From: Nitrososphaeria archaeon
Lineage (GTDB): Archaea > Thermoproteota > Nitrososphaeria > JACIWG01
Reading direction: 5' to 3'
DNA length: 64,000 nucleotides
Assembly (NCBI GenBank): GCA_963760525.1
Contig: CAVXDT010000009.1
Span: 15,611 to 79,610, forward strand
The position numbers were made by a program, and so were the translations under genes. The notes beneath the pieces were generated by a model that saw nothing but the letters and a program-made list of their open reading frames with translations, was not told where the DNA came from and did not search any database. Positions 49,190 to 59,614 of this stretch are shown here, one piece after another. Numbering within the stretch: position 1 is the stretch's first letter; each line of letters begins with the position of its first letter.

Positions 49190-50145
49190 CCACTGAAGTT
49201 TTGTTTAAGCTGCCTTTGGACTAGCTGATGTTCAACCTCAAACATAGACATTGATGGGTAATTGTATATTTTGGATGGTCTTTCGTTGTAGAAAGGACGG
49301 TTACATCCGGGGCAACCAGAAGTAAGAAACGCATACTTCAAGTCCTCTGATTTCTCGTTTAGGTCAATCTTGAGATCATTTCCCTCAAGTATTTCGTTAA
49401 GCTTTAAACCCTTACTAAGCAGGAACCTAATCACTTGAATTCGCCTGTATTGTATTATTTCTGGCTGAGAAAGATGCGCCATTGGCGTTCCCTGCGATGG
49501 TGTGAATGAAAAGAGGGCGACCTCTGCACCTTTTTCGTAAACTTTCTCCATCGTCTTTGCGAACTCGGTTTCAGTCTGACCTATTCCGAATATTAAGTGG
49601 ACACAGACATGTCCATTTCCAAAGAGCGCGACGCTTCTTTCAATAAACGCCCAAAAATCATCCCATTTAAATGGCTTCTTAATTATGTCAAATGCTTCAC
49701 GAGAAGCTACATCTAACCCGACACCAATACGATCAATTCCAAGATACTTCAACGCCTTCAGGGTGGAATAGTCTACGGGTGTAGTTCCTACAGAGATAGG
49801 TGTCTTAATACCTGCATCTACTATTTCCTTCACGATTTTTGTTAGTTCATTTTGAAAATCGTTTTTGACAACATTCTGAACACATATCCTGGTAAATGCA
49901 GTGCTCTTTTTAAGGTCAACAATAAGTCGCTCCAATTCAACTCTTGGCCAACGAACTCTTGAGATAAAGTCCTTGTTGCTTTGATTAGATGAACTTTGTG
50001 AGCAGAAAAGACATCGCGCCTGACAGCCTTTATAGTTATATTGCAGAAGATATGCAGTTGTAGGATGTTCCAGCATGTTCATCTTTTCCCTACCCAATGA
50101 AGCCAATGTGCCAATTGAAGCTCTGACCAGCATGTTACCAACCAT
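49186..50145 (-). CDS. lipS2: Archaeal-type lipoyl synthase subunit 2 (radical SAM)
   Basis: PTTAYL, CQARCLFCSQ, SRVRWP, HLIFGIG, C-terminal TSGCPGCNRP. Confidence 0.85.
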   Translation of the reverse strand: MVGNMLVRASIGTLASLGREKMNMLEHPTTAYLLQYNYKGCQARCLFCSQSSSNQSNKDFISRVRWPRVELERLIVDLKKSTAFTRICVQNVVKNDFQNELTKIVKEIVDAGIKTPISVGTTPVDYSTLKALKYLGIDRIGVGLDVASREAFDIIKKPFKWDDFWAFIERSVALFGNGHVCVHLIFGIGQTETEFAKTMEKVYEKGAEVALFSFTPSQGTPMAHLSQPEIIQYRRIQVIRFLLSKGLKLNEILEGNDLKIDLNEKSEDLKYAFLTSGCPGCNRPFYNERPSKIYNYPSMSMFEVEHQLVQRQLKQNFSG

Positions 50146-50350
50146 CTTATCTAATGCCCTATTTCTCTTCTTTTTTACAGTTACTTAATTGGATAAAAAT
50201 ATTGCTATTCTGAAACCTGTCCAAAAAAAGCCATACTATGACTTCTAAGAATGGGATCTTCTTTCTAATCTTTTTTTCTTAAATGGAGATTAGATAGCAT
50301 ATATAGGTGAGTTAAAGTTAATCAATCCTGCCTTCTTTCTAGGGCGGATT

Positions 50351-50650
50351 GTGGGAAGTTTGAGCCTTCAGGATAATAATAATGATAACACAGTCAGAAC
50401 ATCAATCCCAGTATTGGGAATGGATTGCTACGAATGTTCCAAGATCATTGTAAAAACTGTCAAGAAAATAAGTGGGGTTCAAGATGTTAAAGTAAACTAC
50501 ATGATTGGAACAGTGGAGGTAAACTTTCAGCCCGGTAAGACTTCAAAAGTTATGATTGAGAAAGCTATAGAAGATGCAGGCTACAAAATTGCCTATAAGA
50601 GTTACGTAACTATGACAGATAAGATGAAGAGCTTTTTTCTGAAGAAGTGA
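50351..50650 (+). CDS. Heavy-metal-associated (CopZ-like) metal chaperone
   Basis: GMDCYEC motif, IEDAGY. Confidence 0.88.
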   Translation: MGSLSLQDNNNDNTVRTSIPVLGMDCYECSKIIVKTVKKISGVQDVKVNYMIGTVEVNFQPGKTSKVMIEKAIEDAGYKIAYKSYVTMTDKMKSFFLKK

Positions 50651-50876
50651 GGATTTTGCTTGAAAGTTTTAGATATGTTGGAGACTTATTAGGAGGCTTG
50701 ACTTAGCTCATGTTGATTCTGTAGATTCGCTGTTAATATGTTAGTAAGGCATACCTTCCAATATAGATCCTGATTTTTGGCCTCCTTTGGTATGTGAAGA
50801 CCTTTAAACAAATGAAACAGAAATATTCTCATTTGGTGAAGAAAGTTTAAATCTGATAAGCTAGGAACTTGCACAT

Positions 50877-52031
50877 ATGAATTCCCAGCCTAAGAGAACT
50901 CACCTTTTCAATTTTCATAAAAAGTATGGGCAGATTACCGAATTCGCTGGATTCGAACATGCCTTGTGGTATGAAGGTATCGCTCAAGAACATCTAGCTG
51001 TAAGAAACACTGTTGGAGTATTTGATGTTACACATATGGGAAGGACAATAATTGAAGGAGAAGATGCTATCAACCTTATGGAAAAATGCTTTCCTAGAAA
51101 GGTTTCTAATATGAGCGTGAACCAAGGTAGATATGGATTTCTCTTAAACGAGAAGGGCGGGATTATGGATGATCTCACTGTCTTCAGGCTCAAGGAGAAG
51201 GAGTTCCTGTTGGTCTGTAATGCTTCAAATAGGCAAAAGGACTTCTCATGGATAAAGAAAGCATCTGAAAACCTAAATGCCAGCGTGACGGATGTATCAG
51301 ATCAGTCAGTAATGCTAGCTGTTCAAGGGCCTAAAGCAATGGATACGCTGCAACAGATGTCGGACAAAGAACTTGCTTCTATAAAGAGATATTGGGGTGA
51401 CTGGATCAAGCTTGATGAATTTCATGTGCTAGCCACAAGAACAGGTTATACGGGGGAAGATGGCTTCGAAATCTATCTCTGGAATACGCCACTCACTATG
51501 ACTGAGACAGCAGAGAAACTCTTATGGAGCATCCTTAGAGCAGGTGAGAAATACAGTATAAGACCCTGTGGCTTAGGTGCAAGAGATACCTTAAGACTTG
51601 AGGCAGGAATGTGCCTTTACGGAAACGACATCGATGAGAATACTTCACCTTTGGAAGCAGGTTTTACACCATTGATAGATTTTGACAAAACAGATTTCAT
51701 AGGAAGAACAGCTCTAATAGAACAAAAAGAAAAAGGGATAGACAGACTTAGAGTTGGAGTTCGTATGACAAAGACTGGCATCCCGAGACACGGATATGAA
51801 CTCTATTCTGACAACAAGAGGATAGGAGACCTAACTAGCGGGACATTCTCACCGCTTTTGAAGGTTGGAATAAGTCTCGGATATGCTCTAACTGAATACT
51901 CCAAAATAGGGACAGAGATCCAAGTCAAGATAAGAGACAAGTTAGTAGACGCTTTTGTCGCAGAAACACCATTCTATGACACAAAGGAATACGGGTATAA
52001 AAGAGCTGTTCAAAACACTACAGCTATATAG
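50877..52031 (+). CDS. gcvT: Glycine cleavage T protein (aminomethyltransferase)
   Basis: EHLAVR, FDVTHMG, GGIMDD, QGP, RTGYTGEDGFE, GLGARDTLRLEAG. Confidence 0.95.
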   Translation: MNSQPKRTHLFNFHKKYGQITEFAGFEHALWYEGIAQEHLAVRNTVGVFDVTHMGRTIIEGEDAINLMEKCFPRKVSNMSVNQGRYGFLLNEKGGIMDDLTVFRLKEKEFLLVCNASNRQKDFSWIKKASENLNASVTDVSDQSVMLAVQGPKAMDTLQQMSDKELASIKRYWGDWIKLDEFHVLATRTGYTGEDGFEIYLWNTPLTMTETAEKLLWSILRAGEKYSIRPCGLGARDTLRLEAGMCLYGNDIDENTSPLEAGFTPLIDFDKTDFIGRTALIEQKEKGIDRLRVGVRMTKTGIPRHGYELYSDNKRIGDLTSGTFSPLLKVGISLGYALTEYSKIGTEIQVKIRDKLVDAFVAETPFYDTKEYGYKRAVQNTTAI

Positions 52032-52039
52032 TATCTCAT

Positions 52040-52621
52040 CTACTTGGAATATCTGTCGTTCTCCCAGACTTTAGCAGTGTCACTGTATCCTCTCTTTTCC
52101 CAGAACCCAAGTTCCTTTGCTTTTGCGAAACGTATCTGTTTTATCCACATAGTACTCTTGTATGCGTACTTGATAGGTACGACCAGCCTAAGCGGCCCTC
52201 CTAAAGACACCTCAAGAGGCCTCCCATTGAGTCGATAGGCAAGAAGAACATTTTCCTGTAGCAGGTCAATAAGATCGAGAGAAGTTGTGTAGCCATCGAG
52301 ACACTTGAAGAATACATATTTAGCCTCCTTTTTTGGCTCCACCATGTCTATTAATGTTGTAAATTTAACACCATACCATCTGCAATCGGGAACACTCCAA
52401 CCTTCTACACAATGGAAGTCACTTCTAGATTCTATCGAAGGTAATTCTAGGAAGTCCTTCCAACTCAATTCAATTGGTTTTTCCACTTCACCATCCACCG
52501 TCAGCTTCCAGTTCTCTAAATCTATTTTGGGGTTATTTCGGACTATTCCGGGATGGTCTATGTTCCACCTAAGGATTTCTTTGATTTCATGTTGGTCTGG
52601 TGGCAGGATACTATCCTTCAT
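52040..52621 (-). CDS. Molybdopterin-binding sulfite-oxidase-like oxidoreductase (YuiH type)
   Basis: WKLTVDGEV, DFHCVEGWS, GGPLRLVVP..YAYKS..W, GFWE.RGY. Confidence 0.9.
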   Translation of the reverse strand: MKDSILPPDQHEIKEILRWNIDHPGIVRNNPKIDLENWKLTVDGEVEKPIELSWKDFLELPSIESRSDFHCVEGWSVPDCRWYGVKFTTLIDMVEPKKEAKYVFFKCLDGYTTSLDLIDLLQENVLLAYRLNGRPLEVSLGGPLRLVVPIKYAYKSTMWIKQIRFAKAKELGFWEKRGYSDTAKVWENDRYSK

Positions 52622-52708
52622 CAGTCTTGATTGCGCGTTGCAAAATACTTAAAGGTTATTGCTATCTAATTGGTTACAATAAAATAGAGATTGGCAAAGC
52701 TGTACTTT

Positions 52709-53650
52709 TCATCTTATTACTGCGAAGTATATCCCCAATAGTATCAATCCCCCTCCAGCAATTACAAGATACGAAGGTGTCTCATTAAAAAGTATTACTG
52801 CGAGCAATGTTGAACCAAAGGCTTCGCCATATACTGTGGCGCTAACATTTGAAGTCTTCATGTATTTTAGACTATAATTGTAAGAATTGTGTCCTAAGCA
52901 GGAAGGGCCTATCGCTAGGAGCAAGAAGACTAAGAAATCTGTTTCAGTATAACCTATGAAGGGAACTCTATACACTAACATGAAAAGAAAAAGAAACAGA
53001 GCTGAGAATCCATAGACAAATGTGACATACGGGACAAAATTGATCCTTGGACGTAGCTTTCGTCCTATGTAGAAGTATAATCCTGCTAAGACTGCTCCTC
53101 CTAGGGAGAGAATGTCACCATAGATATTTCCTAAGCCAGTGTCAGCGCCCAATATTAATATTGCACCAACAAAACACAATATAAGACCTACCGAGAATCT
53201 TCGGTCAACTTTTTCTCTTAGGAAAACGTAAGCGAAGAAAGTTGCAAAAAAAGGGGAAGTATCAACGAGAATCACGCTCGCAGCAACGGTAGTGAAATTA
53301 AGAGAGGAAATCCAAAGTGCAAAATGAATAGCTAAAACCAGCCCGTTAAGAATCAAAACCATAAAATCAATGCGACGCAATTTTGTGAAGGTGTCTAACT
53401 TGATTAAACCAAACAATGCCATCAATATTGTCGCAAAAAAAAGTCTGTAGAACGCAATTGCAAGTGAAGGTGCTGAGCTATATCTTATCAATATGGCTCC
53501 GAATGCGAAACTTATCACTCCTACCATGAGAAAGAGCTTTGGACTTATTGTAACCTTAGTATTGTGCTTCGCTTCCAACAACTTCCAATATAATCCATGG
53601 CTTAAAATGATTTTACATACGATATATTGGATTCCTTTTCTCAATTGCAT
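52709..53650 (-). CDS. DMT/EamA family transporter
   Basis: About 10 TM; IAFYRL, HFALWISSL.FTTVA, GD.LSL, LGHN.YN; real start probably near 53578. Confidence 0.9.
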   Translation of the reverse strand: MQLRKGIQYIVCKIILSHGLYWKLLEAKHNTKVTISPKLFLMVGVISFAFGAILIRYSSAPSLAIAFYRLFFATILMALFGLIKLDTFTKLRRIDFMVLILNGLVLAIHFALWISSLNFTTVAASVILVDTSPFFATFFAYVFLREKVDRRFSVGLILCFVGAILILGADTGLGNIYGDILSLGGAVLAGLYFYIGRKLRPRINFVPYVTFVYGFSALFLFLFMLVYRVPFIGYTETDFLVFLLLAIGPSCLGHNSYNYSLKYMKTSNVSATVYGEAFGSTLLAVILFNETPSYLVIAGGGLILLGIYFAVIR

Positions 53651-53736
53651 TTCTCTTTTTACCGTAAATTATTTTACTAATAGTATTAATGCCTCTCCGA
53701 TAATAGCTGCGAACAAATATCCACTGTGTGTGTTGG

Positions 53737-54584
53737 TTAAGGCGAAACTGATATGACGATTTGGCTTTGGAAGCGATATTGGCTAAATCCATCATAGGGG
53801 AAGCTAGCTTCTACCGAGTATTCTCCTTGACGTCGGAAAGTGTACTTGTATTCTAATTCGATTTTGGAACCAGATTTCAGAACCCTTCCCTGTATCACTT
53901 GAATACATGTCTTGTTCATGTCTATACCGATTGGGAAGATCTCAGTTTTAGTGTTGTCTGACTCTATAATGAGTACTCTGATATCCGGATGGCATGGAGT
54001 AGGTGATGAATACTCAAAATCGTTTTGTGCTGGATTTGACACTTCTACTTTTATGGTAACCTCTTCTCCTTCATTGTACTTTTCTTTGTTTGGTTTGATC
54101 AACACAATCATGCTGTCATTTCTTACAATGAGTTGGTTGATATCTGAAACTAGGTTAGCCACGTTAGTAAGGGGAGTAGGTTTTTTGCTGTATCTGTCCA
54201 TATGAATGTCAAAAGTTCGTCTTCTCCGTATACCTTCATATTGTAATTGAAATAATCAGCTGAGCCTCGTTCTGCCTCAAGCTCCAAGCCATTTGGATAG
54301 CTGTCAGTCAGAATTTTTATCCTTCTTTCCAGCTCTTCCAATTGGGAGCTTGACGCTTGTGTTCTTCCAGAAAAACCAGTTTTTGTGTTATTGTAAACCG
54401 CAGTTCTATCACGTAAGAAGTCAGCATGTATCTGCATATTTGCAAACCCGCCTGTGATGTCCAATTCAAAAAGCTTTTCTGGCTCATAAATTGGTAAAAG
54501 GAAAAGTACAGCTATGAAGAGGCACAGGGATAATGCCAGACTTGCTATGGTGACTGTAAACAAACGCATATTAATCGAAAGCAT
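53737..54584 (-). CDS. Membrane-anchored two-domain protein, candidate protease inhibitor (frameshift in A6 run at 54181-54186)
   Basis: N-terminal TM; TGGFA...ADYFNY (emfourin-like); one extra A joins it to an Ig-like domain with PC...CIQV..LKSG (BsuPI-like). Confidence 0.6.
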
Positions 54585-54826
54585 TTACACCTATCTTGAT
54601 TCTTTGCAACTATCTATTTAAGGACTGTCTGTCTTAACATCATAGTAGTAGAAATGTTTTTCCCATCCGCTAAGAACATTGTAAGCATGCTTCCCTTGTC
54701 CAAATATCATTATTAAAAGACACCCTAAGCATAGCCAATAGTTCATATGCTTATTATGGCTTTCTCGATTTAGACTTGCACACTTGCTATTTAGTATAAG
54801 CTTAACGACTGTTCATAGCTCTTACT

Positions 54827-55558
54827 CTACTTTGATGAAGGATTGAAAAATAGTTGGGAATACTTTTCGCCTGAAAGCAAATCGCTAGACTTTTCGTCAG
54901 CTACCACTTTTCCACTCAACAAGACGTATCCTCGATCTGATATTTCCAATGCCTTTTTGACATTCTGTTCCACAAGGACTACAGTAATTCCTCTTTCCCT
55001 TATTTCAGAAACTTTTTTGAGTAAAGCTAGAGTCGCTTTAGGAGAAAGACCAGTTGTAGGCTCGTCTAGAAGAATCAGCTTGGGCTTAGAAACTAATGCC
55101 CTGGCAACAGCGAGCATCTGTCGTTCACCTCCACTTAATGTCTTAGCTAAATTACGCCTTCTCCGTTCAATTTCAGGAAAAAGCTTGAAAACGTCATCAA
55201 CATCACCTTTAACGTTCTCTCTATCTTTCCTGAGGAAAGCACCCAGTGTTAAGTTTTCTTCAACTGTCATTGCAGGGAACACATTCTGCATTTGTGGCGT
55301 ATAAGCGATACCCATACCAGCAACTTTACTCGATGAGAAACCCTTGATGCTGAAACCATTGAAGCTAACATCTCCTTTGAATATAGTTGTTAGCCCATAT
55401 ATTGTATTTAGCAATGTCGTCTTGCCTGCACCATTTGGGCCTATTATCGCCACTATCTCCTTTTCGTTGACAGTTATCATGACATCATGTAATATTTCCA
55501 TCTTGCCATAACCAGAACATATTCCTTCAATAGACAGCATAGGATGTTCGAGTGACAT
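54827..55558 (-). CDS. livF: Branched-chain amino acid ABC transporter ATPase
   Basis: GPNGAGKTT, LSGGERQM, LDEP, VEQN. Confidence 0.93.
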   Translation of the reverse strand: MSLEHPMLSIEGICSGYGKMEILHDVMITVNEKEIVAIIGPNGAGKTTLLNTIYGLTTIFKGDVSFNGFSIKGFSSSKVAGMGIAYTPQMQNVFPAMTVEENLTLGAFLRKDRENVKGDVDDVFKLFPEIERRRRNLAKTLSGGERQMLAVARALVSKPKLILLDEPTTGLSPKATLALLKKVSEIRERGITVVLVEQNVKKALEISDRGYVLLSGKVVADEKSSDLLSGEKYSQLFFNPSSK

Positions 55559-55561
55559 AAA

Positions 55562-56323
55562 TCATTCACCAATGTAAGTCTCAATGACCTTTTTGTTCTC
55601 TCTAACTTGCTTTGGGGTTCCTTCAGCTAGCATTTTTCCCAAGTTCAATACATAAACATAATCCACATAGTCCAATAGTACTTCAATTCTGTGCTCTATA
55701 ATGAACAGAGTCAAACCAAGTTTTTCACGCATCATTTTAATGTGTTCAAAAACGCTCCTTGCAGTAGCATAATTGACCCCTGCTGCTGGCTCATCCAAGA
55801 GAAGCAGCTTTGCACCTCCCATTATACTTCGAGCAGTTTCTATAAGTTTTATGTAGGCAGCAGAAAGCTCGGAGACACGAGATCTTTCGAAACCTTCAAT
55901 GCCAAATATTTTGGTTAACTCGAGAGCCTTCCCTGCAAGTGAGATCTCTTTTTGTTGCCAATTCTTGCTTCTCAAAGCTCGCAAAGGGTTCTCATCATCT
56001 TGCTCTGGATCTGGAATGAGCATATTTTCTAGAACAGTTAACCTGTTAAATAGCCTAGGTATTTGGAAAGTTCTAACCAGCCCCATTCTGAAAACTTCAT
56101 TTGGGTTTAATCCATCGATCCTCTTACCTTGGAATATTATCTCACCACTGTCTGGAGGGTAAAAGCCAGTTACTACGTTAAAGAGGGTTGTCTTACCACT
56201 TCCGTTTGGTCCGATTAGACCGATTATTGAGCCTTTGTTAATGCTTACGTTAACATTGTCAAGTGCTTTTATTCCGCCAAAACTTTTGGAAGCCCCTCTG
56301 ACCTCAAGAATGCTCTCCATCAT
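55562..56323 (-). CDS. livG: Branched-chain amino acid ABC transporter ATPase
   Basis: FGGIKAL, GPNGSGKTT, RTFQ, LDEPAAG, IEH. Confidence 0.93.
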   Translation of the reverse strand: MMESILEVRGASKSFGGIKALDNVNVSINKGSIIGLIGPNGSGKTTLFNVVTGFYPPDSGEIIFQGKRIDGLNPNEVFRMGLVRTFQIPRLFNRLTVLENMLIPDPEQDDENPLRALRSKNWQQKEISLAGKALELTKIFGIEGFERSRVSELSAAYIKLIETARSIMGGAKLLLLDEPAAGVNYATARSVFEHIKMMREKLGLTLFIIEHRIEVLLDYVDYVYVLNLGKMLAEGTPKQVRENKKVIETYIGE

Positions 56324-57351
56324 TTCTTTGCCTCCTCCTTTGACATCACGTCTAGAGCTACTGTCTTGATTGGTTTTTCTGGGATTAGACCTCTAGGTTT
56401 GAACATCAGTGTCATGATAATAATAAGTCCGAGTATCATCCATCTAAGAAAATTCGGATCTATTATAAGAGAAGGGAAGAAAACGTTGAGTAAGAATGAC
56501 AATCGGTCTATTAATGTTATGATCAAAGATCCTATCAGAGAACCCTTAATATTTCCCATACCACCCAAAATAACCATACCCCAAACATCAAAAGTAACTG
56601 TTGTTATCAACATGTCAGGGGTAGCGAATCCAATGTATGAGACAAGTAGTACACCTGCTATTCCAGCTAATCCAGATCCTATGAAAAGAACCTTTGCCTT
56701 GAACTTTGGGACATTTTTACCAAGACACAATGCAGCAATTTCATCTTCCCTTATCGATTTCATCACCCTCCCAAAGGGGGAATTGACCAATTTCACAGCA
56801 AATACGTACGTTAGAGCAAGAAGTCCCATTACAAGAGATAGGAAAACGATTTGTTTAGCCATCGGATCTGAAATCCACGAGAACGGATTTGGGACACCAG
56901 CTATCCCATAAGTTCCTCCTGCGGGATTATAGTTTCTTAGAAAGACCCTCAGCATTTCCCCAAAACTTACTAAAGTTATGCCTACAAAGGCAGGACCAAC
57001 ACGCAAAGTGGGGTATGTGATTAAATATCCAACTGAGCCTGCAACCAAAAAAGCTAACGCCAAGACCAGGATGAACAAAAACATATTCAGGGCAGGATTC
57101 GCAGAACCGTACTTAGAAAGCGCTGTTATTGCTTCAAGTGATGCGATAGGTGCATTTACTCCGTTTACAGCTAATATGACCATCACAGTTATTAGGGCAT
57201 TCAAGTAAGCACCTATCCCATAAAATGCTACCTTTCCAAAGTTAGATATTCCTGTGAAACCAATTTCAAGATTGAGACTTACGCTGAGGATAGCGTAAAC
57301 TCCATACAACGTAAGCCAAGAAACTAAAAAACCGACAATATCCACATTCAA
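56320..57351 (-). CDS. livM: Branched-chain amino acid ABC permease
   Basis: SLNL..GFTG..NFG, SPFGR...IREDE.AA, LGGMG, PRGL. Confidence 0.92.
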   Translation of the reverse strand: MNVDIVGFLVSWLTLYGVYAILSVSLNLEIGFTGISNFGKVAFYGIGAYLNALITVMVILAVNGVNAPIASLEAITALSKYGSANPALNMFLFILVLALAFLVAGSVGYLITYPTLRVGPAFVGITLVSFGEMLRVFLRNYNPAGGTYGIAGVPNPFSWISDPMAKQIVFLSLVMGLLALTYVFAVKLVNSPFGRVMKSIREDEIAALCLGKNVPKFKAKVLFIGSGLAGIAGVLLVSYIGFATPDMLITTVTFDVWGMVILGGMGNIKGSLIGSLIITLIDRLSFLLNVFFPSLIIDPNFLRWMILGLIIIMTLMFKPRGLIPEKPIKTVALDVMSKEEAKK

Positions 57352-58292
57352 TTCTTTTCAGCCCTCTTTTTTCTGAACCTATACGGTAGACCGCCTCCTG
57401 CGCCAAGAGGAGGTTTAGCAAGAATCACGAGTAGAAGTATACTAAACGATATAAAAGGACGAAAACTCAATTCGAGGCCAACAAGGTCATGCAATGCAGA
57501 TGTGACAATATTCTCCGCGAATGAAACAGTAAAGGCTCCGACAACTGTTAGAGGAAGACTGTATAAACCACCTATGACTGAAGCTGCAAAAAGCTGTAGA
57601 ATTAAAGTGTCACCTGTTTCCGGCGTTGCCTGTGCAAAAAGAGCGTACATAACGCCTCCGACAGAAGCCATTCCGCCTGTTATTGCCCATGTTAGAAGCA
57701 TTATTCTATTCTTGTTCAAACCCACTATTTCGGATAAGGAAGCATTCTCTGAAACTGCTCTCATGGACAACCCTATTCTGGTCTTGAACATAAGAATGTA
57801 GAAAGACAACATGACAACTACTGTTGTCGCAACAATTGTCTGAAACATTCCACTTAGATTAACGCCCATGAATGGAACAGTAGCGAAAATGTCTATCTTA
57901 GGCTTTGCTAGGTAAAGCTCCACCTTGAGCTGAGTTTGTAGATAGCTTAATATGCCGTAGAGCAAATACTTGAGAAAAATCCACAAGCCTAAACTTGAAA
58001 TCATCCACATAGTAGGGTTGTTCTCTCTTTTCTGAATGGGCTTGAAGACTAATATATGCATTAATGCCCCCAAAATTGCACAAAACGCAAAAGCAAATAT
58101 CAGGATGAGGAAAATGTTGGATGTGAAGAAGAAACTCAATAACACAGCAACATATGCACCATATCCCAAAAAAATAGTGTGAGCGAAATTAATGAACTTT
58201 GTGACTCTGTAACTTAGAGTCAGTGGGATGGCCATCATAGTATATAGGCATCCTACCATGATCATGTTTAGTAGGTCGATTAACGCGACCAA
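57348..58292 (-). CDS. livH: Branched-chain amino acid ABC permease
   Basis: INFAH, TRIGLSMRAVSEN..L..VG, AASVIGG. Confidence 0.92.
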   Translation of the reverse strand: MVALIDLLNMIMVGCLYTMMAIPLTLSYRVTKFINFAHTIFLGYGAYVAVLLSFFFTSNIFLILIFAFAFCAILGALMHILVFKPIQKRENNPTMWMISSLGLWIFLKYLLYGILSYLQTQLKVELYLAKPKIDIFATVPFMGVNLSGMFQTIVATTVVVMLSFYILMFKTRIGLSMRAVSENASLSEIVGLNKNRIMLLTWAITGGMASVGGVMYALFAQATPETGDTLILQLFAASVIGGLYSLPLTVVGAFTVSFAENIVTSALHDLVGLELSFRPFISFSILLLVILAKPPLGAGGGLPYRFRKKRAEKN

Positions 58293-58324
58293 AAATCATC
58301 ACTAAAAAAAGAGATAGAAGGCGG

Positions 58325-59614
58325 TTAATCCCACGTTAGCGTACCGCCTGAATAGCTTCCAATGTCCTGATAGACATAGGTTGACCCTGAAGGTGCTATT
58401 GTCCATATGCCATAGTCCTGAGCAGCTTTGTCTCCGTTTGCATCAAAAGCCATAGGACCTGAAACGCCATTATACGTATTGGCAAAATTCACAATCGCTG
58501 CAGCTAGTGCTGCACCATCGTTTTGCCCACCTAAATCTAGGATTGCATTTCCAGCAATGATTATAGCATCATATATGTTCGCTGAGAAGACTGGGGGATC
58601 AGAACCTGTTTTGGCTTTGTACTGTTGCACGAATGCTACATAGTTTGGATTCTCTCTGAAGAGAGGCCTTGTCCCATACAATGAGACTATTTGGGCGAAT
58701 TTTCCAATTGGCTCGCTGAGTAACTCCTTTGTACCTTGGATGCCTTCACTTGAGAACCACCTGACATTAGATAGTATTGCATCATCTTTAGCGTGGGAGA
58801 GTATGTTAGTCCCGTCTGTGTCGTATGTTATTATGACGACGCCATCAGCTCCACTAGAAGTGACTTTGCTGCTTAGTTGTGCAACTTCGCTAGCATAGTC
58901 TGCTTGTCCCACAGCATATTTCAGATCTTCAACTTTTCCACCATATTTAGCGAACTCTTTTGTGAAGAAGTCTGCGAAAGCGATACCGTAGTCATCGTCT
59001 CTGTGGAAGAGCACCACTGAATCTATGGGTGAACCACTGAGTGACTTTTGACTTGCAACCATTTTAGCTAAGGCTGCGGCTTGACCTACATCAGAGCCAA
59101 CAGTTCTGTATATGTAGTCGTCAGGGATAGCAAGTGTAGGAGCGGTTGAAGAGGGAGAAAGCATGACAATCTTGTTTTCATCGACATAGCTTTTTACTGC
59201 CTTGGCCTGTGAACTTCCTGCAGGTCCGATTATGACTCTTATTCCTGCTTGGTAAAGATTCTGAACATTCTTCAAAGCGTCTTCTGGAGTTGTCTTGTCG
59301 TCAAGTTCCACTAAAGAGAATTTGACACTCATACCGTGTAATGTTGATGGCGAGTTCAGTTCGTCTAAAGCCATTTCTATAACAGTCTTCCATTGAGTTC
59401 CTATAGAAGACAGTTCGCCTGTCAGAGGAAGTGTTGCTCCAATCTTGTATTCAACAGCTGCAGGTGATATTGTGGAAGTTGTTGTTATGGTACTTGTGAC
59501 AACGTTTGGTGCTAAAGATGACATATATGCGTAGACTGCGGCAGCTCCGATTATGATCCCTACTACTAGGAATACTAGGACATTTGCACTTAATGCCTTT
59601 CTCTTTAAAGTCAT
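58325..59614 (-). CDS. livK: Branched-chain amino acid ABC substrate-binding protein, N-terminally anchored
   Basis: N-terminal TM, Thr/Ser linker, IGATLPLTG, IIGP..S, SPSSTAP.L, YD, GVSG...FD.NGD. Confidence 0.9.
   Translation of the reverse strand: MTLKRKALSANVLVFLVVGIIIGAAAVYAYMSSLAPNVVTSTITTTSTISPAAVEYKIGATLPLTGELSSIGTQWKTVIEMALDELNSPSTLHGMSVKFSLVELDDKTTPEDALKNVQNLYQAGIRVIIGPAGSSQAKAVKSYVDENKIVMLSPSSTAPTLAIPDDYIYRTVGSDVGQAAALAKMVASQKSLSGSPIDSVVLFHRDDDYGIAFADFFTKEFAKYGGKVEDLKYAVGQADYASEVAQLSSKVTSSGADGVVIITYDTDGTNILSHAKDDAILSNVRWFSSEGIQGTKELLSEPIGKFAQIVSLYGTRPLFRENPNYVAFVQQYKAKTGSDPPVFSANIYDAIIIAGNAILDLGGQNDGAALAAAIVNFANTYNGVSGPMAFDANGDKAAQDYGIWTIAPSGSTYVYQDIGSYSGGTLTWD

Noticed and set aside
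54726-54753. Inverted repeat TAAGCATA-N12-TATGCTTA after livF
   Set aside because: AT-rich 8-bp arms with a long spacer, no supporting context
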